NCBI RefSeq assembly: GCF_964355755.1
Contig: NC_092680.1
Span: 19,539,045 to 19,603,044, forward strand
Reading direction: 5' to 3'
Origin: Antedon mediterranea
Taxonomy: Eukaryota; Animalia; Echinodermata
Length of the DNA: 64,000 nt
Part shown: piece after piece, positions 37,424 to 52,400 of the stretch
Numbering within the stretch: position 1 is the first letter of the stretch
How the letters are laid out: each line of letters begins with the position of its first letter
Position numbers and translations under genes: made by a program
Notes under the pieces: model-generated
What the model saw: only the letters and a program-made list of their open reading frames with translations
What the model was told of the DNA's origin: nothing
The model's database searches: none

Positions 37424-40400
37424 ACTGGATGAGTAAAATGTTGAATGCATCACTTGTCTTGTTATGGTGTGTACATCTTTACTGGATGAGTTGAATGTTG
37501 AATACATCAATTGTCTTGTCATAGGGTGTATATCTTGACTGGATGAGTTGAATGTTGAATACATCAATTGTCTTGTCATAGGGTGTATATCTTTACTGGA
37601 TGAGTTGAATGTTGAATACATCAATTGTCTTGTTATGGTGTGTACATCTTGACTGGATGAGTTGAATGTTGAATACATCAATTGTCTTGTCATAGGGTGT
37701 ATATCTTGACTGGATGAGTTGAATGTTGAATACATCAATTGTCTTGTTATGGTGTGTACATCTTGACTGGATGAGTTGAATGTTGAATACATCAATTGTC
37801 TTGTCATAGGGTGTATATCTTGACTGGATGAGTTGAATGTTGAATACATCAATTGTCTTGTTATGGTGTGTACATCTTGACTGGATGAGTTGAATGTTGA
37901 ATACATCAATTGTCTTGTTATGGGATGTACATCTTGACTGAATGAGTTGAATGTTGAATGCATCAATTGTCTTGTTTATGGTGTGTACATCTTGACTGGA
38001 TGAGTTGAATGTTGAATACATCAATTGTCTTGTTATGGGTGTACATCTTGACTGGATGAGTTGAATGTTGAATACATCAATTGTCTTGTTATGAGGCGTA
38101 CATCTTGACTGGATGAGTTGAATGTTGAATACATCAATTGTCTTGTTATTGAGTGTACATCTTGACTGGATGAGTTGAATGTTGAATACATCAATTGTCT
38201 TGTTATTGAGTGTACATCTTGACTGGATGAGTTAAATGTTGAATACATCAGTTGTCTTGTTATGGTGTGTACATCTTGACTGGATGAGTTGAATGTTGAA
38301 TACATCAATTGTCTTGTTATGAGGTGTACATCTTGACTGGATGAGTTGAATGTTGAATACATCAATTGTCTTGTTATGGGGTGTACATCTTGACTGGATG
38401 AGTTGAATGTTGAATACATCAATTGTCTTGTCATGGGACATACATCTTTACTGGATGAATTGAATGTTGAATACATAATTGTCTTGTTATTGGGTGTACA
38501 TCTTGACTGGATGAGTTGAATGTTGAATACATCAATTGTCTTGTTATGGGATGTACATCTTTACTGGATGAGTTGAATGTTGAATGCATCACTTGTCTTG
38601 TTATGGTGTGTACATCTTGACTGGATGAGTTGAATGTTGAATACATCAATTGTCTTGTTATGAGGTGTACATCTTGACTGGATGAGTTGAATGTTGAATA
38701 CATCAATTGTCTTGTTATGGGGTGTACATCTTGACTGGATGAGTTGAATGTTGAATACATCAATTGTCTTGTCATGGGACATACATCTTTACTGGATGAA
38801 TTGAATGTTGAATACATAATTGTCTTGTTATTGGGTGTACATCTTGACTGGATGAGATGAATGTAGAATACATCAATTGTCTTGTTATGGGGTGTACATC
38901 TTGACTGGATGAGTTGAATGTTCAATACATCAGTTGTCTTGTTATGGGGTGTACATCTTGACTGGATGAGTTAAATGTTGAATACATCAGTTGTCTTGTT
39001 ATGGGGTGTACATCTTGACTGGATGAGTTGAATGTTCAATACATCAGTTGTCTTGTTATTGGGTGTACATCTTTACTGGATGAGTTGAATGTTGAATACA
39101 TCAATTGTCTTTTTATTGGGTGTACATCTTTACTGGATGAGTTGATTGTTGAATGCATCAATTGTCTTGTTATGGGGTGTACATCTTGACTGCATGAGTT
39201 GAATGTTGAATACATCACTTGTCTTGTAATGGGTTGTACATCTTTACTGGATAAGTTGAATGTTGAATACATCAGTTGTCTTGTTATGGGGTGTACATCT
39301 TGACTGGATGAGTTGAATGTTGAATACATCAATTGTCTTGTTATGGGGTGTACATCTTGACTGGATGAGTTGAATGTTGAATACATCAATTGTCTTGTTA
39401 TGGGGTGTACATCTTGACTGGATGAGTTGAATGTTGAATGCATCACTTGTCTTGTTATGGGATGTACATCTTGACTGGATGAGTTGCATGTTGAATGCAT
39501 CAATTGTCTGGTCATAGGGTGTACATCTTGACTGGATGAGTTGAATGTTGAATACATCAGTTGTCTTGTTATGAGTGTACATCTTGACTGGATGAGTTGA
39601 ATGTTGAATACATCACTTGTCTTGTCATGGGTGTACATCTTGACTGGATGAGTTGAATGTTGAATACATCTATTGTCTTGTTATGGGGTGTACATCTTGA
39701 TTGGATGAGTTGAATGTTGAATACATCAATTGTCTTGTTATGGTGTGTACATCTTGACTGGATGAGTTGAATGTTGAATACATCAATTGTCTTGTCATAG
39801 GATGTACATCTTGACTGGATGAGTTGAATGTTGAATACATCAGTTGTCTTGTTATGGGGTGTACATATTGACTGGATGAGTTGAAGGTTGAATACATCAG
39901 GTTGTCTTGTTATGGGGTGTACATCTTGACTGGATGAGTTGAATGTTGAATACATCTATTGTCTTGTTATGGTGTGTACATCTTGACTGGATGAGTTGAA
40001 TGTTGAATACATCTATTGTCTTGTTATAGGGTGTACATCTTGACTGGATGAGTTGAATGTTGAATACATCAATTGTCTTGTTATGGGGTGTACATCTTGA
40101 CTGGATGAGTTGAATGTTGAATACATCAATTGTCTTGTTATGGTGTGTACATCTTGACTGGATGAGTTGAATGTTGAATACATCAGTTGTCTTGTTATGG
40201 GCAGGGTGTACATCGTGACTGGATGAGTTGAATGTTGAATACATCAGTTGTCTTGTTGTGGTGTGTACATCTTGACTGGATGAGTTGAATGTTGAATACA
40301 TCATTTGTCTTGTCATTGGGTGTACATCTTTACTGGATAAGTTGAATGTTGAATACATCAATTGTCTTGTTATTGGGTGTACATCTTTACTGGATGAGTT

Positions 40401-43400
40401 GAATGTTGAATACATCAGTTGGCTTGTTATGGGGTTTACATCTTTACTGGATAAGTTGAATGTTGAATACATCAATTGTCTTGTTATTGGGTGTACATCT
40501 TTACTGGATGAGTTGAATGTTGAATACATAAATTGTCTTGTTATGGGGTGTACATCTTGACTGGATGAGTTGAATGTTGAATACATCAATTGTCTTGTTA
40601 TGGTGTGTACATCTTGACTGGATGAGTTGAATGTTGAATACATCAATTGTCTTGTTATGGGGTGTACATCTTGACTGGATGAGTTGAATGTTGAATACAT
40701 CAATTGTCTTGTTATGGGCAGGGTGTACATCGTGACTGGATGAGTTGAATGTTGAATACATCAGTTGTCTTGTTATGGGCAGGGTGTACATCTTGACTGG
40801 ATGAGTTGAATGTTGAATACATCACTTGTCTTGTTATTGGGTGTACATCTTTACTGGATGAGTTGAATGTTGAATACATCAATTGTCTTGTTATGGGGTG
40901 TACATCTTGACTGGACGAGTTGAATGTTGAATACATCAATTGTCTTGTTATGGGGTGTACATCTTGACTGGATGAGTTGAATGTTGAATACATCAGTTGT
41001 CTTGTTATGGGGTGTACATATTGACTGGATGAGTTGAAGGTTGAATACATCAGGTTGTCTTGTTATGGTGTGTACATCTTGACTGGATGAGTTGAATGTT
41101 GAATACATCTATTGTCTTGTTATGGTGTGTACATCTTGACTGGATGAGTTGAATGTTGAATACATCTATTGTCTTGTTATAGGGTGTACATCTTGACTGG
41201 ATGAGTTGAATGTTGAATACATCAATTGTCTTGTTATGGGGTGTACATCTTGACTGGATGAGTTGAATGTTGAATACATCAATTGTCTTGTTATGGTGTG
41301 TACATCTTGACTGGATGAGTTGAATGTTGAATACATCAGTTGTCTTGTTATGGGCAGGGTGTACATCGTGACTGGATGAGTTGAATGTTGAATACATCAG
41401 TTGTCTTGTTGTGGTGTGTACATCTTGACTGGATGAGTTGAATGTTGAATACATCATTTGTCTTGTCATTGGGTGTACATCTTTACTGGATAAGTTGAAT
41501 GTTGAATACATCAATTGTCTTGTTATTGGGTGTACATCTTTACTGGATGAGTTGAATGTTGAATACATCAGTTGGCTTGTTATGGGGTTTACATCTTTAC
41601 TGGATAAGTTGAATGTTGAATACATCAATTGTCTTGTTATTGGGTGTACATCTTTACTGGATGAGTTGAATGTTGAATACATAAATTGTCTTGTTATGGG
41701 GTGTACATCTTGACTGGATGAGTTGAATGTTGAATACATCAATTGTCTTGTTATGGTGTGTACATCTTGACTGGATGAGTTGAATGTTGAATACATCAAT
41801 TGTCTTGTTATGGGGTGTACATCTTGACTGGATGAGTTGAATGTTGAATACATCAATTGTCTTGTTATGGGCAGGGTGTACATCGTGACTGGATGAGTTG
41901 AATGTTGAATACATCAGTTGTCTTGTTATGGGCAGGGTGTACATCTTGACTGGATGAGTTGAATGTTGAATACATCACTTGTCTTGTTATTGGGTGTACA
42001 TCTTTACTGGATGAGTTGAATGTTGAATACATCAATTGTCTTGTTATGGGGTGTACATCTTGACTGGACGAGTTGAATGTTGAATACATCAATTGTCTTG
42101 TTATGGGGTGTACATCTTGATTGGATGAGTTGAATGTTGAATACATCAATTGTCTTGTTATGGTGTGTACATCTTGACTGGATGAGTTGAATGTTGAATA
42201 CATCAATTGTCTTGTTATGGGGTGTACATCTTGACTGAATAAGTTGAATGTTGAATGCATCAATTGTCTTGTTATGGGGTGTGCATCTTGACTGGATGAG
42301 TTGAATGTTGAATACATCAATTGTCTTGTTATGGGGGGTACATCTTGACTGGATGAGTTGAATGTTGAATACATCAGTTGTCTTGTTATGGGGTGTACAT
42401 CTTGACTAGATGAGTTGAATGTTGAATACATCATTTGTCTTGTCATTGGGTGTAAATCTTTACTGGATAAGTTGAATGTTGAATACATAAATTGTCTTGT
42501 TATTGGGTGTACATCTTTACTGGATGAGTTGAATGTTGAATACATCAGTTGTCTTGTTATGGGGTTTACATCTTTACTGGATGAGTTGAATGTTGAATAC
42601 ATCAATTGTCTTGTTATTGGGTTTACATCTTTACTAGATGAGTTGAATGTTGAATACATCAGTTGTCTTGTTATGGGGTTTACATCTTTACTGGATGAGT
42701 TGAATGTTGAATACATCAATTGTCTTGTTATAGGTTGTACATCTTGACTGGATAAGTTGAATGTTGAATACATCAATTGTCTTGTTATTGGGTGTACATC
42801 TTTACTGGATGAGTTGAATGTTGAATACATCAATTGTCTTGTTATGGGGTGTACATCTTGACTGGATGAGTTGAATGTTGAATACATCAATTGTCTTGTT
42901 ATGGTGTGTACATCTTGACTGGATGAGTTGAATGTTGAATACATCAATTGTCTTGTTATGGGGTGTACATCTTGACTGGATGAGTTGAATGTTGAATACA
43001 TCAATTGTCTTGTTATGGGCAGGGTGTACATCGTGACTGGATGAGTTGAATGTTGAATACATCAGTTGTCTTGTTATGGTGTGTACATCTTTACTGGATG
43101 AGTTGAATGTTGAATACATCAATTGTCTTGTTATGGGCAGGGTGTACATCGTGACTGGATGAGTTGAATGTTGAATACATCAGTTTTCTTGTTATGGGCA
43201 GGGTGTACATCGTGACTGGATGAGTTGAATGTTGAATACATCAGTTGTCTTGTTATGGTGTGTACATCTTTACTGGATGAGTTGAATGTTGAATACATCA
43301 GTTGTCTTGTTATGGGGTTTACATCTTGACTGGATGAGTTGAATGTTGAATACATCAATTGTCTTGTTATGGGGTGTACATCTTGACTGGATGAGTTGAA

Positions 43401-46400
43401 TGTTGAATACATCAATTGTCTTGTTATGGGGTGTACATCTTGATTGGATGAGTTGAATGTTGAATACATCAATTGTCTTGTTATGGTGTGTACATCTTGA
43501 CTGTATGAGTTGAATGTTGAATACATCAATTGTTTTGTTATGGGGTGTACATCTTGACTGAATAAGTTGAATGTTGAATGCATTAATTGTCTTGTTATGG
43601 GGTGTGCATCTTGACTGGATGAGTTGAATGTTGAATACATCAATTGTCTTGTTATGGGGTGTACATCTTGACTGGATGAGTTGAATGTTGAATACATCAG
43701 TTGTCTTGTTATGGGGTGTACATCTTGACTGGATGAGTTGAATGTTGAATACATCATTTGTCTTGTCATTGGGTGTACATCTTTACTGGATAAGTTGAAT
43801 GTTGAATACATCAATTGTCTTGTTATTGGGTGTACATCTTTACTGGATGAGTTGAATGTTGAATACATCAGTTGTCTTGTTATGGGGTTTACATCTTTAC
43901 TGGATGAGTTGAATGTTGAATACATCAATTGTCTTGTTATTGGGTTTACATCTTTACTGGATGAGTTGAATGTTGAATACATCAGTTGTCTTGTTATGGG
44001 GTGTACATCTTTACTGGATGAGTTGAATGTTGGATACATCAGGTTGTCTTGTTATTGGGTGTACATCTTGACTGGATGAGTTGAATGTTGAATACATCAA
44101 TTGTCTTGTCATGGGGTGTACATCTTGACTGGATGAGTTGAATGTTGAATACATCAGGTTGTCTTGTTATTGGGTGTACATCTTGACTATGAGTTCAATG
44201 TTGAATACATCAATTGTCTTGTCATAGGGTGTACATGTTGACTGGATGAGTTGAATGTTGAATACATCAGTTGTCTTGTGATGGGGTGTACATCTTTACT
44301 GGATGAGTTGAATGTTGAATACATCAGGTTGTCTTGTTATTGGGTGTACATCTTGACTGGATGAGTTGAATGTTGAATACATCAGTTGTCTTGTTATGGG
44401 GTGTACATCTTGACTGGATGAGTTGAATGTTGAATACATCAGGTTGTCTTGTTATGGGGTTTACATCTTTACTGGATGAGTTGAATGTTGAATACATCAG
44501 GTTGTCTTGTTATGGTGTGTACATCTTTACTGGATGAGTTGAATGTTGAATACATCAGGTTGTCTTGTTATGGTGTGTACATCTTGACTGGATGAGTTGA
44601 ATGTTGAATACATCAATTGTCTTGTCATGGGTATACATCTTGACTGGATGAGTTGAATGTTGAATACATCAATTGTCTTGTCATGGGTGGTACATCTTGA
44701 CTGGATGAGTTGAATGTTGAATACGTCAATTGTCTTGTTATGGTGTGTACATCTTGACTGGATGAGTTGAATGTTGAATACATCAATTGTCTTGTCATGG
44801 TGTGTACATCTTTACTGGATGAGTTGAATGTTGAATACATCAATTGTCTTGTCATGGGGTGTACATCTTTACTGGATGAGTTGAATGTTGAATACATCAG
44901 GTTGTCTTGTTATTGGGTGTACATCTTGACTGGATGAGTTGAATGTTGAATACATCAGGTTGTCTTGTTATGGTGTGTACATCTTGACTGGATGAGTTGA
45001 ATGTTGAATACATCAATTGTCTTGTTATGGTGTGTACATCTTGACTGGATGAGTTGAATGTTGAATACATCAATTGTCTTTTTATGGGGTGTACATCTTG
45101 ACTGGATGAGTTGAATGTTGAATACATCAATTGTCTTGTTATAGGGTGTACATCTTTACTGGATGAGTTGAATGTTGGATGCATCAGTTGTCTTGTTATA
45201 GGTTGTACATCTTGACTGGATAAGTTGAATGTTGAATTCATCAATTGTCTTGTTATTGGGTGTACATCTTTACTGGATGAGTTGAATGTTGAATACATCA
45301 GTTGTCTTGTGATTGGGTTTACATCTTGACTGGATGAGTTGAATGTTGAATACATCAGTTGTCTTGTTATGGGGTGTACATCTTGACTAGATGAGTTGAA
45401 TGTTGAATACATCAGTTGTCTTGTTATGGGGTGTACATCTTGACTGGATGAGTTGAATGTTGAATACATCAATTGTCTTGTTATGGGTGTACAGCTTGAC
45501 TGGATGAGTTGAATGTTGGATACATCAATTGTCTTGTCATGGGGTGTACATCTTTACTGGATGAGTTGAATGTTGAATACATCAGGTTGTCTTGTTATTG
45601 GGTGTACATCTTGACTGGATGAGTTGAATGTTGAATACATCACTTGTTTTATTATGGGGTTTACATCTTTACTGGATGAGTTGAATGTTGAATACATCAA
45701 TTGTCTTGTCATGGGGTGTACATCTTTACTGGATGAGTTGAATGTTGAATACATCAGGTTGTGTTGTTATGGGGTGTACATCTTGACTGGATGAGTTGAA
45801 TGTTGAATACATCAGGTTGTCTTGTTATGGGGTGTACATCTTGACTGGATGAGTTGAATGTTGAATACATCTATTGTCTTGTTATGGGGTGTACATCTTT
45901 ACTGGATGAGTTGAATGTTGAATACATCAATTGTCTTGTTATGGTGTGTACATCTTGACTGGATGAGTTGAATGTTGAATACATCTATTGTCTTGTTATA
46001 GGGTGTACATCTTGACTGGATGAGTTGAATGTTGAATACATCAATTGTCTTGTTATGGTGTGTACATCTTGACTGGATGAGTTGAATGTTGAATACATCT
46101 TGTTATAGGGTGTACATCTTTACTGGATGAGTTGAATGTTGAATACATCAATTTTCTTGTTATGGGGTGTACATCTTTACTGGATGAGTTGAATGTTGAA
46201 TACATCAATTGTCTTGTTATGGGGTGTACATCTTGACTGGATGAGTTGAATGTTGAATACATCAATTGTCTTGTTATGGGGTGTACAGCTTGACTGGATG
46301 AGTTGAATGTTGGATACATCAATTGTCTTGTCATGGGGTGTACATCTTGACTGGATGAGTTGAATGTTGAATGCATCAATTGTCTTGTTATGGGGTGTAC

Positions 46401-49400
46401 ATCTTGACTGGATGAGTTGAATGTTGAATACATCAGTTGTCTTGTTATGGGATGTACATCTTAACTGGATGAGTTGCATGTTGAATACATCAGTTGTCTT
46501 GTTATGGGGTGTACATCTTGACTGGATGAGTTGAATGCTGAATACATCAATTGTCTTGTTATGGGTGTACATCTTGACTGGATGAGTTGAATGTTGAATA
46601 CATCAGTTGTCTTGTTATGGTGTGTACATCTTGACTGGATGAGTTGAATGTTGAATACATCTATGGTCTTGTTATGGGGTGTACATCTTGACTGGATGAG
46701 TTGAATGTTGAATACATATATTGTCTTGTTATGGTGTGTACATCTTGACTGGATGAGTTGAATGTTAAATACATCTATTGTCTTGTTATGGGGTGTACAT
46801 CTTTACTGGATGAGTTGAATGTTGAATACATCAATTGTCTTGTTATGGGATGTACATCTTAACTGGATGAGTTGCATGTTGAATACATCAGTTGTCTTGT
46901 TATGGGGTGTACATCTTGACTGGATGAGTTGAATGCTGAATACATCAATTGTCTTGTTATGGGTGTACATCTTGACTGGATGAGTTGAATGTTGAATACA
47001 TCAGTTGTCTTGTTATGGTGTGTACATCTTGACTGGATGAGTTGAATGTTGAATACATCTATGGTCTTGTTATGGGGTGTACATCTTGACTGGATGAGTT
47101 GAATGTTGAATACATATATTGTCTTGTTATGGTGTGTACATCTTGATTGGATGAGTTGAATGTTAAATACATCTATTGTCTTGTTATGGGGTGTACATCT
47201 TTACTGGATGAGTTGAATGTTGAATACATCAATTGTCTTGTTATGGGGTGTACATCTTGACTGGATGAGTTGAATGTTGAATACATCAATTGTCTTGTTT
47301 ATGGGGTGTACATCTTGACTGGATTAGTTGAACGTTGAATACATCAATTGTCTTGTTATTAGGTGTACATCGTGACTGGATGAGTTGAATGTTGAATACA
47401 TCAATTGTCTTGTTATGGGGTGTACATCTTGACTGGATGAGTTGAATGTTGAATACATCAATTGTCTTGTTATTGGGTGTACATCGTGACTGGATGAGTT
47501 GAATGTTGAATACATCAGTAGTCTTGTTATGGTGTGTACATCTTGACTGGATGAGTTGAATGTTGAATACATCAGGTTGTCTTGTTATGGGGTGTACATC
47601 TTGACTGGATGGGTTGAATGTTGAATAATCAATTGTCTTGTTATGGTGTGTACATCTTGACTGGATGAGTTAAATGTTGAATACATCAGTTGTCTTGTTA
47701 TGGGCAGGGTGTACATCGTGACTGGATGAGTTGAATGTTGAATACATCAGTTGTCTTGTTATGGTGTGTACATCTTTACTGGATGAGTTGAATGTTGAAT
47801 ACATCAATTGTCTTGTTATGGGTGTACATCTTGACTGGATGAGTTGAATGTTGAATACATCAATTGTCTTGTTATGGGGTGTACATCTTGACTGGATGAG
47901 TTGAATGTTGAATACATCAATTGTCTTGTTATGGGGTGTACATCTTGACTGGATGAGTTGAATGTTGAATACATCAATTGTCTTGTTATGGGATGTAAAT
48001 GTTGACTGGATGAGTTGAATGTTGAATACATCAATTGCCTTGTTATGGGGTGTACATTTTGACTGGATGAGTTGAATGTTGAATACATCAATTGTCTTGT
48101 TATGGTGTGTACATCTTGACTGGATGAGTTGAATGTTGAATACATCAATTGTCTTGTTATGGGATGTAAATGTTGACTGGATGAGTTGAATGTTGAATAC
48201 ATCAATTGCCTTGTTATGGGGTGTACATTTTGACTGGATGAGTTGAATGTTGAATACATCAATTGCCTTGTTATGGGGTGTACATTTTGACTGGATGAGT
48301 TGAATGTTGAATACATCAATTGTCTTGTTATGGGGTGTACATCTTGACTGGATGAGTTGAATGTTGAATACATCAATTGCCTTGTTATGGGGTGTACATC
48401 TTGACTGGATGAGTTGAATGTTGAATACATCAGGTTGTCTTGTTATGGGGTGTACATCTTGACTGGATGAGTTGAATGTTGAATACATCAATTGTCTTGT
48501 TATGGGATGTACATCTTGACTGGATGAGTTGAATGTTGAATACATCAATTGTCTTGTTATGGGATGTACATCTTGACTGGATGAGTTGAATGTTGAATAC
48601 ATCAGTTGTCTTGTGATGGGGTGTACATCTTTACTGGATGAGTTGAATGTTGAATACATCAGTTGTCTTGTGATGGGGTGTACATCTTGACTGGATGAGT
48701 TGAATGTTGAATACATCAGGTTGTCTTGTTATGGGATGTACATCTTGACTGGATGAGTTGAATGTTGAATACATCAGGTTGTCTTGTTATGGGATGTACA
48801 TCTTGACTGGATGAGTTGAATGTTGAATGCATCAATTGTCTTGTTATGGGGTGTACATCTTGACTGGATGAGTTGAATGTTGAATACATCAATTGTCTTG
48901 TTATGGGGTGTACATCTTGACTGGATGAGTTGAATGTTGAATACATCAATTGTCTTGTTATGGGGTGTACATCTTGACTGGATGAGTTGAATGTTGAATA
49001 CATCAATTGTCTTGTTATGGGGTGTACATCTTGACTGGATGAGTTGAATGTTGAATACATCAATTGTCTTGTTATGGGATGTACATCTTGACTGGATGAG
49101 TTGAATGTTGAATACATCAGTTGTCTTGTTATGGGATGTACATCTTGACTGGATGAGTTGAATGTTGAATGCATCAGTTGTCTTGTTATGGGGTGTACAT
49201 CTTGACTGGATGAGTTGAATGTTGAATGCATCAGTTGTCTTGTTATGGGGTGTACATCTTGACTGGATGAGTTGAATGTTGAATACATCAGTTGTCTTGT
49301 TATGGGATGTACATCTTGACTGGATGAGTTGAATGTTGAATGCATCAGTTGTCTTGTTATGGGGTGTACATCTTGACTGGATGAGTTGAATGTTGAATAC

Positions 49401-52400
49401 ATCAATTGTCTTGTTATGGGATGTACATCTTGACTGGATGAGTTGAATGTTGAATACATCACTTGTCTTGTTATGGGGTGTATATCTTGACTGGATGAGT
49501 TGAATGTTGAATACATCAATTGTCTTGTTATGGTGTATACATCTTGACTGGATGAGTTGAATGTTGAATACATCAATTGCCTTGTTATGGGGTGTACATC
49601 TTTACTGGATGAGTTGAATGTTGAATGCATCAATTGTCTTGTTATGGGATGTACATCTTGACTGGATGAGTTGAATGTTGAATACATCAATTGTCTTGTT
49701 ATGGTGTATACATCTTGACTGGATGAGTTGAATGTTGAATACATCAATTGCCTTGTTATGGGGTGTACATCTTTACTGGATGAGTTGAATGTTGAATGCA
49801 TCACTTGTCTTGTTATGGGATGTACATCTTGACTGGATGAGTTGAATGTTGAATACATCAGTTGTCTTGTTATGGTGTGTACATCTTGACTGGATGAGTT
49901 GAATGTTGAAAACATCAATTGTCTTGTTATGGGATGTACATCTTGACTGGATGAGTTGAATGTTGAATACATCAGTTGTCTTGTTATGGGGTGTACATCT
50001 TGACTGGATGAGTTGAATGTTGAATACATCAATTGTCTTGTTATTGGGTGTACATCGTGACTGGATGAGTTGAATGTTGAATACATCAGTAGTCTTGTTA
50101 TGGTGTGTACATCTTGACTGGATGAGTTGAATGTTGAATACATCAGGTTGTCTTGTTATGGGGTGTACATCTTGACTGGATGGGTTGAATGTTGAATAAT
50201 CAATTGTCTTGTTATGGTGTGTACATCTTGACTGGATGAGTTAAATGTTGAATACATCAGTTGTCTTGTTATGGGCAGGGTGTACATCGTGACTGGATGA
50301 GTTGAATGTTGAATACATCAGTTGTCTTGTTATGGTGTGTACATCTTTACTGGATGAGTTGAATGTTGAATACATCAATTGTCTTGTTATGGGTGTACAT
50401 CTTGACTGGATGAGTTGAATGTTGAATACATCAATTGTCTTGTTATGGGGTGTACATCTTGACTGGATGAGTTGAATGTTGAATACATCAATTGTCTTGT
50501 TATGGGGTGTACATCTTGACTGGATGAGTTGAATGTTGAATACATCAATTGTCTTGTTATGGGATGTAAATGTTGACTGGATGAGTTGAATGTTGAATAC
50601 ATCAATTGCCTTGTTATGGGGTGTACATTTTGACTGGATGAGTTGAATGTTGAATACATCAATTGTCTTGTTATGGTGTGTACATCTTGACTGGATGAGT
50701 TGAATGTTGAATACATCAATTGTCTTGTTATGGGATGTAAATGTTGACTGGATGAGTTGAATGTTGAATACATCAATTGCCTTGTTATGGGGTGTACATT
50801 TTGACTGGATGAGTTGAATGTTGAATACATCAATTGCCTTGTTATGGGGTGTACATTTTGACTGGATGAGTTGAATGTTGAATACATCAATTGTCTTGTT
50901 ATGGGGTGTACATCTTGACTGGATGAGTTGAATGTTGAATACATCAATTGCCTTGTTATGGGGTGTACATCTTGACTGGATGAGTTGAATGTTGAATACA
51001 TCAGGTTGTCTTGTTATGGGGTGTACATCTTGACTGGATGAGTTGAATGTTGAATACATCAATTGTCTTGTTATGGGATGTACATCTTGACTGGATGAGT
51101 TGAATGTTGAATACATCAATTGTCTTGTTATGGGATGTACATCTTGACTGGATGAGTTGAATGTTGAATACATCAGTTGTCTTGTGATGGGGTGTACATC
51201 TTTACTGGATGAGTTGAATGTTGAATACATCAGTTGTCTTGTGATGGGGTGTACATCTTGACTGGATGAGTTGAATGTTGAATACATCAGGTTGTCTTGT
51301 TATGGGATGTACATCTTGACTGGATGAGTTGAATGTTGAATACATCACTTGTCTTGTTATGGGGTGTACATCTTGACTGGATGAGTTGAATGTTGAATGC
51401 ATCAATTGTCTTGTTATGGGGTGTACATCTTGACTGGATGAGTTGAATGTTGAATACATCAATTGTCTTGTTATGGGGTGTACATCTTTACTGGATGAGT
51501 TGAATGTTGAATACATCAATTGCCTTGTTATGGGGTGTACATCTTGACTGGATGAGTTGAATGTTGAATACATCAATTGTCTTGTTATGGGGTGTACATC
51601 TTTACTGGATGAGTTGAATGTTGAATACATCAGTTGTCTTGTTATGGGATGTACATCTTGACTGGATGAGTTGAATGTTGAATGCATCAGTTGTCTTGTT
51701 ATGGGATGTACATCTTGACTGGATGAGTTGAATGTTGAATGCATCAGTTGTCTTGTTATGGGGTGTACATCTTGACTGGATGAGTTGAATGTTGAATACA
51801 TCAATTGTCTTGTCATGGGGTGTACATCTTTACTGGATGAGTTGAATGTTGAATACATCAGTTGTCTTGTTATGGGATGTACATCTTGACTGGATGAGTT
51901 GAATGTTGAATGCATCAGTTGTCTTGTTATGGGGTGTACATCTTGACTGGATGAGTTGAATGTTGAATACATCAATTGTCTTGTTATGGGATGTACATCT
52001 TGACTGGATGAGTTGAATGTTGAATACATCACTTGTCTTGTTATGGGGTGTATATCTTGACTGGATGAGTTGAATGTTGAATACATCAATTGTCTTGTTA
52101 TGGTGTATACATCTTGACTGGATGAGTTGAATGTTGAATACATCAATTGCCTTGTTATGGGGTGTACATCTTTACTGGATGAGTTGAATGTTGAATGCAT
52201 CACTTGTCTTGTTATGGGATGTACATCTTGACTGGATGAGTTGAATGTTGAATACATCAATTGTCTTGTTATGGTGTATACATCTTGACTGGATGAGTTG
52301 AATGTTGAATACATCAATTGCCTTGTTATGGGGTGTACATCTTTACTGGATGAGTTGAATGTTGAATGCATCACTTGTCTTGTTATGGGATGTACATCTT